Assembly (NCBI RefSeq): GCF_003668955.1
Contig: NZ_RAWO01000002.1
Coordinates: forward strand, 535,605-599,604
From: Corallococcus sp. AB038B
GTDB taxonomy: Bacteria > Myxococcota > Myxococcia > Myxococcales > Myxococcaceae
DNA length: 64,000 bases
Direction: 5' to 3'
Shown here: positions 1-9,942 of the stretch, in pieces
Layout: each line of letters begins with the position of its first letter
Position numbering within the stretch: position 1 is the stretch's first letter
Made by a program: the position numbers and the translations under genes
The notes under the pieces: generated by a model
Told to the model about the DNA's origin: nothing
Database searches by the model: none
What the model saw: the letters and a program-made list of their open reading frames with translations, nothing else

Positions 1-1177
1 GCCGGACGCGGACGTCGTCTACTCGGATGAGGACAAGGTGGACGCGCAGGGGCTGCGCTTCGCACCCTACCTGAAGCCCTCTCTGTCTCCGGAGTTGCTG
101 CGCGCGGTGAACTACGTGTGCCACTTCCTCGTGGTGCGCGCATCGCTGCTGCGCGAGGTGGGAGGCATCCGCCCGGGCTTCGAGGGAGCGCAGGACCACG
201 ACCTGTTGCTGCGCCTGATGGAGCGCACGCGGCGCTTCGAGCACATCCCCCGCGTGCTCTACCACTGGAGGACGCTGCCCGGCTCCACGGCCACGGACGC
301 CAGCGCGAAGCCCGCGGCCTCCGAAGCGGGACGCAGGGCCGTGGCGGAGCATCTGGCGCGCATGGGGGAGGGCGGCTCCGCGGAGACGGTCTCGCCAGGG
401 CTGTACCGGATCCGTCACCCGCTCGTGGGCCGTCCCCGGGTGTCCGTGCTGCTGTCGGAAACGCCCACCGAGGCCGAACTCGCAGCGCTCCTCGCCTTCA
501 CGGACGACCTGGACGTGGAGGTCCGCGTCCCTGTTTCGTCTCCAGCAGCTTTCTCCACCGGCAACGCCATCCGCGTCCAGGTCGACGCGGCCGCGACTCC
601 GGGCGCCGTGGCGAACCAGTTGCTGCGCGAGGCCCGGGGCGAACTCATCCTCGTCCTGGAGGCAGGCACGCTTCCGACCGGACCGGGGTGGCTGCGGGAG
701 CTTGCGTCGCAGGCTTCGCGCCCCGGCGTCGGCGTGGTGGGCGCGCGCATCGTCTCTCCCTGGGGCCTGGTGCTGGAGGCCGGGCTGCGCTTCGACGCCG
801 AGGGCCAGGTGCTGCGTCCCTTCGCGGGGCTGTTCGATCCCACGCTCGGCGCATTCGGTGGCTCGCATTGGCCGCGGGACGTGCGCGCCGTCTCCAGCGC
901 CTGCGCGATGATCCGCCGCGAGGTCCTGGAGTCGCTCGGAGGTTGGGACGCGGCCTTCACCTCCGACGAGGCCCGCGGCGTGGACCTGTGCCTGCGCGCG
1001 AGCGAAGCCGGGCTGCGCGTCCTCTATGCTCCCCACGCGCGACTCGTGTGCACCCGCTCCCGGGACGACGCACCCGAGGCCACCCACGACGCCAACCGGC
1101 TCCGTGAAGCGTGGGTCCGCGCGGGACGGACCGACCCCACCGGACATCCGCGCCTCCGCTTTCTCCAGACACCGTAG
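1..1177 (+). CDS. Family 2 glycosyltransferase; the start lies before the window.
   Basis: The translation carries typical GT2 segments (..VVYSDEDKVD.., ..DHDLLLRLMERTRRFEHIPRVLYHWR..). Third-codon positions are GC-rich in this frame. A stop falls at 1175-1177. Confidence 0.7.
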   Translation, partial: PDADVVYSDEDKVDAQGLRFAPYLKPSLSPELLRAVNYVCHFLVVRASLLREVGGIRPGFEGAQDHDLLLRLMERTRRFEHIPRVLYHWRTLPGSTATDASAKPAASEAGRRAVAEHLARMGEGGSAETVSPGLYRIRHPLVGRPRVSVLLSETPTEAELAALLAFTDDLDVEVRVPVSSPAAFSTGNAIRVQVDAAATPGAVANQLLREARGELILVLEAGTLPTGPGWLRELASQASRPGVGVVGARIVSPWGLVLEAGLRFDAEGQVLRPFAGLFDPTLGAFGGSHWPRDVRAVSSACAMIRREVLESLGGWDAAFTSDEARGVDLCLRASEAGLRVLYAPHARLVCTRSRDDAPEATHDANRLREAWVRAGRTDPTGHPRLRFLQTP

Positions 1178-1288
1178 AAATGAACAGCGACCGCGCCTCC
1201 TCCCATGGGGAGCGGGCGGGCTGCCAGCCTTGACGCTCCCGGAGGGGGGTGACATGGAGGACATCCGCCAAGGAGAGGGGGGCGTGCC

Positions 1289-4200
1289 TTGCCTGCAGCG
1301 AGGGTCGGCCTTCCGGACGCCACCACCATGCATCCACAGCTCAATCCCCTGGAACACCCCCTCTGCCTCACGCAGCCCCTGCGGCTGCTGGCCTCCTCAG
1401 CCTGGGTGGAGCACGTCCCGTTCGCGATGTTCCTGATGGACCTGCTGCGTCCCGCGACGCTGGTGGAGCTGGGTGCACACACCGGCGTGTCCTACTCCGC
1501 GTTCTGCCAGGCGGTGGACGCGCTGAAGCTGGAGACGCGCTGCCACGCGGTGGACACCTGGCAGGGCGACCCGCACGCGGGCTTCTACGGGGCGGACGTG
1601 CTCGCGGACCTGCGCGCGCACCATGACCCGCTCTACAGCCGGTTCTCACAGCTGCACCAGATGACCTTCGACGAGGCACTGAGCCAGTTCGCGGACGGCT
1701 CCATCGACCTGCTCCACATCGACGGCTGCCACGAATACGCCCAGGTGAAGGCGGACTTCGAGCACTGGCGCCCCAAGATGAGCGCGCGCGGCGTCATCCT
1801 CTTCCACGACACCCACGTGCACGAGCGCGACTTCGGCGTCTGGCAGCTGTGGGAGGAACTCCGGGGTCAGTATCCGTCCTTCGAGTTCGAGCACGGCTTC
1901 GGTCTGGGCGTGCTCGCCGTGGGCCCGGAGCAGCCGGAAGGGATGCTTGCCCTGACGAGCACCCGGGACGCGGAGCGCGAAAACGTGCGGCAGGCCTTCG
2001 CCACGCTGGGCGGGCGACTGACGCTCCTGCTGCACCGGCAGCACCTGCGCGACGCCTACGGCCAGAAGGAACAGCAGGCCGCGGACCACGCGCGCCAGGC
2101 GCAGCAGCTTCAGACGGAGCTGGACGCCGCCCGTGAAGCGGCGCGCGACACCGCCAGCACCCTGCGCGAGTTCGAAGGCCGGCTCGCGCGGCAGGGCCTG
2201 GCCCAGCGGATGCTCCAGGAGGAGCTGGGCCGCAAGAACGCTCGCATCTACGAACTGGATGCGCACGTGTCGCGCCAGGGCTCGGAGCTGGCGCACATCA
2301 ACGGCAGCCTCGCGTGGAAGGCCATCAACCGCTACTGGGCCATGCGCGAGCGCGTGCTGCCCCCCGGCACGAAGCGCGGCCACCTCTACCAGAAGAGCAA
2401 GGGCACGCTGCACAAGGTGGGCGCGAAGCTGATCAAGCTTCCCGCGAAGCAGGGCGCGCTCAAGGCGCTGCGCGCCGCCAAGGCTGCCCTCACGCCGGCC
2501 GCCCCCGTCGCACTCACTGCCCCCATCCCCGCGGTCGTGGCCCCGAGCGCGCCGCTCGCGCCCCCGGCTCCATGGACCGCGCCGCTGACGCAGCTCTCCC
2601 AGGCCAGCCTGGGCCGGCGCATCCTGATCATCGCGGAGCTGTCGCTGCCCCAGTGCAAGCGCTACCGCGTGGATCAGAAGGTCGCCATGTTCCACCGGCT
2701 CGGGTACGACGTCACCGTCCTGCGCTGGAACGACCACGAGGAGTGCAAGGCCGCGCTCCAGTTCCACGGCCTGGTCATCTACTACCGGGTGCCCGCGTTC
2801 CCTGGCGTGGAGGAACTGCTGGCGGAAACGAAGCGCCTGGGTGTCCCGCACTTCTTCGACGTCGACGACCTCATCTTCGACGTGGAGGAGTACCAGAAGA
2901 ACACCAACGTGCAGCGGCTGCCGGAGAACGAGCGCGAGCTGCTGCTCAACGGCGCGAAGCTCTACCGCAAGGCGCTCAGCCTGTGTGAGCACGCCATCGC
3001 CAGCACGCCCACCATCGCGGAGCAGATGGCCCGCGTCATCTCCGGCAAGGTCTACGTCGTCGAGAACTGCCTGGACGACGGCATCCTGGAGCTGGCCCGG
3101 GAGATGGAAGCGCGCCCGCCCGCGGTGGACGCGGACACGGTCACCATCGGTTACGGCAGCGGCACCCGCACGCACGACGCCGACTTCGCCATCGCCGCGG
3201 ACGCCATCCTCGCGGTGATGGAGCGCCATCCGAACGTGCGCCTGGCCATCCACGGCTTCCTGGAGCTGCCGGCGGGCTTCGAGCGCTTCTCCGACCGCGT
3301 CTTCCGCATCCCGTTCCTGGACGCGGACGACTACCTGCGCGCGCTCGCGTCCTGGCAGATCTCCATCGCGCCGCTGGAGACGACGGTCTTCAACGACGCG
3401 AAGAGCAACATCAAGTTCATCGAGGCGTCCATCTTCCGCGTGCCCGCGGTGTGCTCCGGCTCCGGGCCGTTCCGGGAGATCATCGACCACGGCCGTAATG
3501 GCTTCGTCGCCACCACCCGTGAGGAGTGGGAGTCCGGGCTGTCCGCGCTGGTGCAGGACGCGTCGCTGCGCAAGCGCATGGGCGAGGAGGCCCACCGCAG
3601 CGTGATGGCGCGCTACCACCCGGCGGTGGTGGCCACGGAGCGGCTCCAGCCCATCCTCCAGCACCTGCCGCCCGCGCCGCCTCCGCGCCTGAAGGTGCTG
3701 GAGGCCAACATCCTCTTCGCGCCCTTGAGCTTCGGCGGGGCGACCGTCGTCGCGGAGCAGTTGGCGCACCAGTTGAAGACGGAGGGCTGCGACGTCACAG
3801 TGTTCACCGGCATCCTGAACTCGCCGCTGCCCGCCTATTCGGTGGTGCGCTACGAGGCGCTCGGCCTGCCGGTCATCGCCACCCAGGTGCCGGCCCTCAC
3901 CGACCGCGCCCAGGAGTACCAGAACCCGCGCATGGGGGAGACCTTCACCCAGGTGCTCAAGGCGGTGCGCCCGGACGTGGTGCACTTCCACTCCATCCAG
4001 CTCTTGACCTCCGCGCTCGCCACGGCGTGCGCCGCGGAGGGCATCCCGTACACCATCACCGTGCATGACGCGTGGTGGCTGTGCGAGCGGCAGTTCATGG
4101 TCCGCGAGGACGCCACGTACTGCGGCCAGAAGGGCATCGACCTGCGCGTGTGCACCAAGTGCGTGCCGGACACGCGCTACACCTTCAAGCGCACGTTCGC

Positions 4201-4945
4201 CCTGCGCAAGGTGCTGGACGGCGCGGCCCTGCTGATGGCGCCCAGCGAGTTCCAGCGCCAGCTCTACATCGCCAACGGCGTCGCGCCGGAGCGCATCGTC
4301 GTGAACAAGAACGGCGTGCTGCTGCCCACGCGTGCGCGCGCCCCGCGCCCCGCCAACGCCCCCGTGCGCTTCGCCTACCTGGGCGGCCACGCGGTGCACA
4401 AGGGGTACTTCTGGCTCAAGGACATCCTGGAGTCGGTGCCGGAGTCCGGCTGGGTCCTGAAGATGACCGACATCCAACTGCGCATGGGGTCGGCCTCCAT
4501 CGACGCGAAGGAGTGGAAGGTGAAGGGGAAGGTGGAGGTGGTGCCTCCGTATGATCAGGACGGGATGGACGCCTTCTTCGACGGGGTGGACGTGCTGCTG
4601 ATGCCCTCGCAGTGCAAGGAGAGCTTCGGCCTGACGGTGCGCGAGGCCATGGCCCGTAACGTGTGGGTGGTCACCACGGCGTCAGGCGGCGTCAGCGAGG
4701 ACATCGTGGAGGGCGTCAACGGCAACGTCGTGGACATGGCGGACGCCGACGGCTTCCGCCGCGTGCTGCGCGACCTGGTGGCCCACCCGGAGCGTCTGTC
4801 GCGCGCACCGAGCTCCCAGCACACCACCGTGCGCGACTACGAGACCCAGGCCAAGGAACTCCACGGGCTTCTGTCCGGCCTGGTGAATCCGCCTGCCCGA
4901 AGCACGCCTCTCAAGGAAGCCAACACCGCGGCGACCCAACGCTGA
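1289..4945 (+). CDS. Multidomain polysaccharide biosynthesis protein. The N-terminus is a class I SAM methyltransferase (TylF/rhamnosyl-O-MT-like). A Q/A/R-rich coiled coil and two GT4-type (group 1) glycosyltransferase domains follow.
   Basis: The N-terminal motifs [12 protein letters not shown]...HAVDTWQGD...[10 protein letters not shown]...ILFHDT fit a SAM-MT fold. Residues about 250-330 are heptad-like and Q/E/A/R-rich. Two Rossmann-like GT-B halves carry EX7E-like segments (..[21 protein letters not shown]..). The ORF is a single uninterrupted 1218 codons. Confidence 0.75.
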   Translation: MPAARVGLPDATTMHPQLNPLEHPLCLTQPLRLLASSAWVEHVPFAMFLMDLLRPATLVELGAHTGVSYSAFCQAVDALKLETRCHAVDTWQGDPHAGFYGADVLADLRAHHDPLYSRFSQLHQMTFDEALSQFADGSIDLLHIDGCHEYAQVKADFEHWRPKMSARGVILFHDTHVHERDFGVWQLWEELRGQYPSFEFEHGFGLGVLAVGPEQPEGMLALTSTRDAERENVRQAFATLGGRLTLLLHRQHLRDAYGQKEQQAADHARQAQQLQTELDAAREAARDTASTLREFEGRLARQGLAQRMLQEELGRKNARIYELDAHVSRQGSELAHINGSLAWKAINRYWAMRERVLPPGTKRGHLYQKSKGTLHKVGAKLIKLPAKQGALKALRAAKAALTPAAPVALTAPIPAVVAPSAPLAPPAPWTAPLTQLSQASLGRRILIIAELSLPQCKRYRVDQKVAMFHRLGYDVTVLRWNDHEECKAALQFHGLVIYYRVPAFPGVEELLAETKRLGVPHFFDVDDLIFDVEEYQKNTNVQRLPENERELLLNGAKLYRKALSLCEHAIASTPTIAEQMARVISGKVYVVENCLDDGILELAREMEARPPAVDADTVTIGYGSGTRTHDADFAIAADAILAVMERHPNVRLAIHGFLELPAGFERFSDRVFRIPFLDADDYLRALASWQISIAPLETTVFNDAKSNIKFIEASIFRVPAVCSGSGPFREIIDHGRNGFVATTREEWESGLSALVQDASLRKRMGEEAHRSVMARYHPAVVATERLQPILQHLPPAPPPRLKVLEANILFAPLSFGGATVVAEQLAHQLKTEGCDVTVFTGILNSPLPAYSVVRYEALGLPVIATQVPALTDRAQEYQNPRMGETFTQVLKAVRPDVVHFHSIQLLTSALATACAAEGIPYTITVHDAWWLCERQFMVREDATYCGQKGIDLRVCTKCVPDTRYTFKRTFALRKVLDGAALLMAPSEFQRQLYIANGVAPERIVVNKNGVLLPTRARAPRPANAPVRFAYLGGHAVHKGYFWLKDILESVPESGWVLKMTDIQLRMGSASIDAKEWKVKGKVEVVPPYDQDGMDAFFDGVDVLLMPSQCKESFGLTVREAMARNVWVVTTASGGVSEDIVEGVNGNVVDMADADGFRRVLRDLVAHPERLSRAPSSQHTTVRDYETQAKELHGLLSGLVNPPARSTPLKEANTAATQR

Positions 4946-4963
4946 ACCCACCGGAGACGACCC

Positions 4964-5836
4964 ATGCGTTTGTCCCAGCTCAAGGCCCTGATTCCTCCCG
5001 CGATCAAGACCGTCGTGCGCTCCCAGCTCCACACGGGGCTGACACGCACGGAGAACCAGTTGGCATCGCTGCGGTCGCGCTGGTCGCCGCCGGCCCCCGT
5101 GGAGCCGTCACCGCCGGTCGTCGAGGCGCCGCCACCGCCGGCCCCCACGCTTCCGCCCATCACCCGGCAGCTCATCGCGGCCCAGTACCTGCGCGGTGAA
5201 GGCCTGGAGATTGGTGCCCTGTCCAATCCCACGCAGCTGCCCGCGGGAGTCCGGGTCCGCTATGTGGACGTGGCGCCCATCGACGTGCTGCGCGCCCGTT
5301 TCCCGGAGGTGGCGGACCGCATCGTCACGCCGGACATCGTGGACAACGGCGAGGAGCTGGGCACGGTGGCGCCGGAGTCACAGGACTTCGTCATCGCCAA
5401 CCACGTGCTGGAGCACTGCGAAGACCCCATTGGCACGCTGAAGAACTTCATCCGGGTCCTGCGGCCCGGAGGCATCCTCTTCATGGCCATCCCGGACAAG
5501 CGCTTCACCTTCGACCTGCCCCGGGCGCTCACCTCCGCGGCGCACGTCGTGGAGGACCACCTCAAGGGGCCGGAGGTCTCCCGGCGCGCCCACTACGACG
5601 AGTGGCTGCGCGTCATCGACCGGAAGGAGGGCGAGGAGCTGGCCCGCCTGACGGAGGACTTCATCCGGAACGGCACCAACATCCACTTCCACGTGTGGAC
5701 GTTCAACGAGATGTTCGAGCTGTTCTCCGCGGCCCGCGACCAGCTGGGCCTGCCCTTCGACATCAAGCTGGCCTTCCTGGATCCGCCGTGTCTGGAAGTG
5801 GTGTGGGTCCTGGAAGTGAAGAAGCCCCAGGCCTGA
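4964..5836 (+). CDS. Class I SAM-dependent methyltransferase.
   Basis: The segment FVIANHVLEHCEDPIGTLKNFIRVLRPGGILFMAIPDKR is typical of Methyltransf_11/23. It starts 19 bp after the preceding gene. Confidence 0.75.
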   Translation: MRLSQLKALIPPAIKTVVRSQLHTGLTRTENQLASLRSRWSPPAPVEPSPPVVEAPPPPAPTLPPITRQLIAAQYLRGEGLEIGALSNPTQLPAGVRVRYVDVAPIDVLRARFPEVADRIVTPDIVDNGEELGTVAPESQDFVIANHVLEHCEDPIGTLKNFIRVLRPGGILFMAIPDKRFTFDLPRALTSAAHVVEDHLKGPEVSRRAHYDEWLRVIDRKEGEELARLTEDFIRNGTNIHFHVWTFNEMFELFSAARDQLGLPFDIKLAFLDPPCLEVVWVLEVKKPQA

Positions 5837-5840
5837 GACC

Positions 5841-7238
5841 CTACGCCGGGCCGTAGTAGCGCTGGTACACCGTGGTGAGCGTCACCGCCGCGGTGAGCAG
5901 GATGAAGCAGGCGATGAGCACCGGTTTGAAGCGCGCCAGCGCGCGCGGTGCCCAGGCGGGCGGGGCCAGCGCCACCACCAGCAGCGGCGTGTAGGGCAAC
6001 AGGTAGCGGCCCTGCACCCCGTCCACGTGGTTCGCACCCGGAGCCGTCCACGCCAGGTACAGCATGGCCTGGATGGCCAGCACGCCCGCCACCGCCACAC
6101 CCAGCGCCACCACGCGCTCGCGCCAGCCCACCTTCGGCGCGGCCCCGTCGGCGTCCAGCGCCATCACTCCCAGGAGCAACGCGGCCAGGGCGAAGAGGGC
6201 AGGGCGGGGCACCGGCGTGTCCAGCCAGCCCAGCACGCCGCCGCCCTGGTGCAGGAAGTCCGGCAACCGCCTCCAGAAGTCGCTCACCAGCACGCCCAGC
6301 ACCTGGAAGGGGTGCGCGCGGATGTGGGCCACCTGCGCCACCACCTCGCTGGGGCGGAAGATGTCCCGCACGGTGGAGGACCACGCGAACTGGAGCAGCG
6401 CGGGCACGGCGACGATGGCGGCCAGGGCCAGGGCGTAGCGGCCGCGCGTCCCCAGGCGGGTGAGCGGCAGCAGCAGGAACACCAGCGACAGCGGCAGGTA
6501 GGCCTGCTTGCAAAGCGCCACGAACACCGCGCTCGCCAGCAGCAGCCCCAGCTGCTTCGCGCCCAGCGGCCCCGGGTGCGCGAAGGTGTAGTGCAGAGAC
6601 AGCGCCACCAGCAGCAGGCACGCCGACATCGTGATGGGATCCGCGGAGACCGACGCGCGCTGGAAGAGCACCATGGGCGTGAGCGCCAGCAGCGCGAAGG
6701 CCCACCGCTGGAAGGGCATCAGGCGCAGCGCCAGCGCGGTGAGCACCAGCGCCACCAGCACGTTGCCCAGCCGGCCCGCCCACAGCACCGCCACCGGGGA
6801 CGCCTCCAACAGCCGTGCGGGCACCATGCCCAGCGACTGCGGGAAGTAGACCAGCGGGAAGTAGATGGCGGACGCGGCGAAGCGCCACTCCTGGGTGTCC
6901 TGGGGCGCCAGCGCCGCGTGCATCGCGTCGCTCAGGCGCTGCCGGTCCTGGCGCACCTCGGGATGGCCACCCACGCCGTCGGACACCTCCTGCGCCACCC
7001 GCACGATGCTGCGCGGGAGCTGCCCTCCCGCGTCACCCACCGGGATTCGCGTGGCCGTCAGCTGTCCCTCGGAGACCTGGTACGCGCGGTAGAAGTGCGC
7101 GGGCTCGTCCGCCACCTGGAACGGGGGCGTGAGGAAGCTCAGCACCGCGCCCAGCACGGCGGCCACGACGAGGAAGGCCACGACGGGCGCGATGAAGAAC
7201 GGACGCAGCGGAGACGGGGGCGGTGAAGACGGAAGCAT
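5841..7238 (-). CDS. Polytopic membrane protein, DUF2142/GT-C-like; putatively a polyprenyl-phosphate-sugar-dependent glycosyltransferase.
   Basis: The protein has more than 10 predicted hydrophobic helices. An N-terminal periplasmic-loop motif ..FQVADEPAHFYRAYQVSEG.. fits DUF2142. It sits in the same orientation as the downstream GT2/DUF2304 pair. Confidence 0.6.
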   Translation of the reverse strand: MLPSSPPPSPLRPFFIAPVVAFLVVAAVLGAVLSFLTPPFQVADEPAHFYRAYQVSEGQLTATRIPVGDAGGQLPRSIVRVAQEVSDGVGGHPEVRQDRQRLSDAMHAALAPQDTQEWRFAASAIYFPLVYFPQSLGMVPARLLEASPVAVLWAGRLGNVLVALVLTALALRLMPFQRWAFALLALTPMVLFQRASVSADPITMSACLLLVALSLHYTFAHPGPLGAKQLGLLLASAVFVALCKQAYLPLSLVFLLLPLTRLGTRGRYALALAAIVAVPALLQFAWSSTVRDIFRPSEVVAQVAHIRAHPFQVLGVLVSDFWRRLPDFLHQGGGVLGWLDTPVPRPALFALAALLLGVMALDADGAAPKVGWRERVVALGVAVAGVLAIQAMLYLAWTAPGANHVDGVQGRYLLPYTPLLVVALAPPAWAPRALARFKPVLIACFILLTAAVTLTTVYQRYYGPA

Positions 7239-7264
7239 GGAGAAGGGATGGGCCCGTTGGGCCC

Positions 7265-7680
7265 TCAGACGGCGTGCGAGTCGCGACGGGCGGCGACAGC
7301 GGAGGAGACGACTTCAGGACGGGGCTGTGTACGCGCGACGCGCTCGGCCTCCGCGGAGGTGAGCAGGGCGACCTCCTGGGCCAGGCGCTTGAGCTGCTGG
7401 CGCTGGTCGGCCACCTGGAGGCTCAGCCGGTATACCAGCCACATGAGGCACGTCAGGGCGATGAAGAAGAGGGCGGATGGGGCGTAGTAGATGCCCATGG
7501 CTGACGCCAGCGCGTCGATGCCATGGCGCCACAACGACAGGCCCGCGATGGCCACCGCCACCAGCAGCCACGCGAAGGTGTGCCGCTCGCTGGTGCGCCG
7601 GCCCCGGGCCGACCACAGGACGCTGAAGGCGAAGGCGGCCGCGAAGGCCACGCCGATGAGGCTGGAGCGAAGCATGGGCA
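7265..7680 (-). CDS. Small membrane protein, DUF2304-like (GtrA-like accessory).
   Basis: It is read from the internal start MPMLRSS... (about 138 aa). Three TM helices are followed by a C-terminal coiled coil. The ATG lies immediately after the stop of the upstream GT2 gene. The first part of track ORF 7265..7999 is antisense. Confidence 0.5.
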
Positions 7681-8379
7681 TCAGACGGGACGGACCCGCT
7701 CCATGAGCAGGGCGAAGGACACCTTCGCCATGTAGAAGGCCGACTTCCACGGCGTCAGCGAGCTGGTGCCGGTGAGGCGCGGGCGCATGCGCACCGGCAC
7801 CTCCGCGATGGCGAAGCCCTGCCGTGCCGCCATCAGCACGCTCTCCGGCTCCGGGTAGTCGTGCGGGTGGACGCGCGCGAAGAAGCGGATCGCCTGCGGA
7901 CCGAAGCCCCGGAAGCCGGAGGTGGGGTCGGTGATGCGGTGGTGGCTCAGCGTGGACAGGAGGCTCGACAGGAACCGGTTGCCGAAGCGGCGCAGCCACG
8001 TGGAGCGGAAGCTGGTGACGCCCGCGAAGCGGCTGCCGATGACCAGCTCCACGCCCGACTGGAGCGCCTCGCGCAGTGCGGGCACGGACGCCGGGTCATG
8101 CTGCCCGTCGCCGTCCATGCGGATGACGTGCTCGTACCCGTTGCGGGACGCGAACAGCAGGCCGCTGGCCTCGCCCGCGGCGACGCCCAGGTTGAAGGGA
8201 TGGGTGAGCACCCGCGCTCCGCAGTCCCGCGCGCGCTGCGCCGTGGCGTCGCGTGAGCCGTCGTCCACGACGAGCACGTCGAACTCCGGCAGCGCCTCGC
8301 GCAGCTCCGCCACCGTCGAGCCGATGCACTCCTCCTCGTTGAAGGCCAGCAACACGATGAGGCCCTGTCGGGTGTCCAT
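7681..8379 (-). CDS. GT2 polyprenol-phosphate sugar synthase (GtrB/dolichyl-phosphate glycosyltransferase-like).
   Basis: The motifs VLVVDDGSRD...IRMDGDGQHDP...GSRF fit a GT2 DXD fold. The protein is 232 aa. Confidence 0.75.
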   Translation of the reverse strand: MDTRQGLIVLLAFNEEECIGSTVAELREALPEFDVLVVDDGSRDATAQRARDCGARVLTHPFNLGVAAGEASGLLFASRNGYEHVIRMDGDGQHDPASVPALREALQSGVELVIGSRFAGVTSFRSTWLRRFGNRFLSSLLSTLSHHRITDPTSGFRGFGPQAIRFFARVHPHDYPEPESVLMAARQGFAIAEVPVRMRPRLTGTSSLTPWKSAFYMAKVSFALLMERVRPV

Positions 8380-8438
8380 TCAGCCCCCTCCTGCGTCTTC
8401 CGGGCTTCTATCGTTTCCCGGCACGCACGAACAACTCG

Positions 8439-9362
8439 CTACGCCCGATTCCCGCTCACACGCGCGATGAAGATACCCGCGTCCTCCAGGCTCAGGCCCC
8501 TGGCCACCGCGCCCAGGCCCTGGCCCGCCAGGGAGACGAGCGGCCGGGGGAGCTTGCGCAGGGCGTGCGCCCGGTCCGCCAGGCTGTCGGCCTCGAAGTC
8601 CAGGTCCCCGAAGGCGTCCACGCGCTCCAGGCCCACGCGCGGGAGCAGGGCGTCCATGGAGTCGTGGGTGAAGTAGCTCTCGTGCGGCGGAAAGGTGCCG
8701 GCCTGGTAGAGCTGCTCCAGAAGCCCCGACGAGGCCACGCCGGCCATGGCACGGGAGACGCGGTAGAGCAGACCGCTGGCCACCGGCACCTTCAACACCA
8801 CCCACTCCAACTCGGGCGCCAGCTGTGTGACGAGGTGGCGCACCATGTCCGTCAGGTGCGCACCCGGGAAGTGCTCCACGACGTCCAGAAGCGTGAGGAT
8901 GCGCGGACGGAAGGGCAGGTCCTGGAGGGGCAGGGGCCACTGTCCGCCCTCCGGAAGGGGCAGGCGCATGGCGGGGATGCCCGCGTCGCGCATCAGGTTG
9001 ACGGACAGCTCGGAGATGTCCGCGCCAGCCAGCTCCTGGACGCCCGCCTCGCGGCAGCCCTCCAGGAACCAGCCCCGGCCCGCACCGAAGTCCAGGAGCC
9101 GCGAGGGCTGGGGGATGTGGCGGCGCAGACGCTCGACGATGCTCCGGGCCTGGCGCTGGCGCGTGACGCGCAGCGAGTCCATGAAGCCACCGCTGTCGTA
9201 TTGCGCGTGGTAGTCGGCGGTGTTGCGCGGCGCGCGGTGGGTGGCCACTCGGTGGCCACAGCTCGCGCAGGTCTCCACGTCCAGCCGGGGCCCCTGGAAG
9301 GACGGTCGGAGCGAGGATGAAGCGCAGGCGGGACAGGAGGGGGCGGACATAGGGGGCGGCAC
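8439..9362 (-). CDS. SAM-dependent methyltransferase with an N-terminal Cys4 zinc ribbon.
   Basis: The N-terminus has CPAC...CASCGH. The segments ..LLDFGAGRGWFLEGC...LTLLDVVEHFP.. fit a class I MT fold. Confidence 0.65.
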   Translation of the reverse strand: MPPPMSAPSCPACASSSLRPSFQGPRLDVETCASCGHRVATHRAPRNTADYHAQYDSGGFMDSLRVTRQRQARSIVERLRRHIPQPSRLLDFGAGRGWFLEGCREAGVQELAGADISELSVNLMRDAGIPAMRLPLPEGGQWPLPLQDLPFRPRILTLLDVVEHFPGAHLTDMVRHLVTQLAPELEWVVLKVPVASGLLYRVSRAMAGVASSGLLEQLYQAGTFPPHESYFTHDSMDALLPRVGLERVDAFGDLDFEADSLADRAHALRKLPRPLVSLAGQGLGAVARGLSLEDAGIFIARVSGNRA

Positions 9363-9414
9363 CCTACCGCTTCCGCGCGTCCCCCGTCACGTGTCCGCCG
9401 GGCTTCCAGGCCAG

Positions 9415-9942
9415 CTAGCGGCCCCGTCGCCGCGAAGGCCCACGGCGCGGCGGTTCCTGCGCTGGCTCTGGAGACGGCTTCGGCGAAGGCTCCGGCGCCG
9501 CGGCAGGCTGGCGCGACGTCAGCTGCTCCAGCTGGCGCTCTACCTCCTGGCGCCACAGGGACTGCGTGCGCGCCTGCACGCGCTGGTGTTCGTGGATGAG
9601 CGCGAGCGCGTCCAGGATGGCCTCGTTGAACTCCACCTGTCGCCGGAGCGCCTCGTTGATGAAGGGCTGGAACGCCAGCCGGAAGGCGCGCTTGGCCATC
9701 ACCAGCGCGGGCCCCACCACGGGCCGGTGGGACGAAGGGGGGTCCGCGTAGCGCGCGTCGCGCTTCAGCCGCGCGCCCTCCAGGAACGGAGGCCACGCGG
9801 GGCTGGTGGCCGGGCCCTGGGTGGCGGCGAGGCGTCTGCGCAGCGCCTCCACCTTCTCGGGCTCGGGCGTGGGCAGCCGCTCCAGGGACTCCAGCACCGC
9901 CTTCACGGTGGGGTCGCCGGTGATGAGGTCCTCAGCTCGCAT
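9415..9942 (-). CDS. Hypothetical protein.
   Basis: It sits within the same-strand operon between the MT and the GT4. It overlaps the GT4 stop by 11 bp. The C-terminus is P/E/R-rich. Confidence 0.4.
   Translation of the reverse strand: MRAEDLITGDPTVKAVLESLERLPTPEPEKVEALRRRLAATQGPATSPAWPPFLEGARLKRDARYADPPSSHRPVVGPALVMAKRAFRLAFQPFINEALRRQVEFNEAILDALALIHEHQRVQARTQSLWRQEVERQLEQLTSRQPAAAPEPSPKPSPEPAQEPPRRGPSRRRGR

Noticed and set aside
1646-4477. A 943-aa ORF on the minus strand.
   Set aside because: It is antisense to the MT/GT4/GT4 gene. Its composition is R/A/G/H/L-rich with no motifs, a typical high-GC shadow ORF.
5593-6888. 431-aa (-) and 399-aa (+, 6027..7226) ORFs overlapping the DUF2142-like gene.
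   Set aside because: Both are alternative-frame or antisense, G/A/R-rich. Only the hydrophobic 5841..7238 frame makes a coherent membrane protein.
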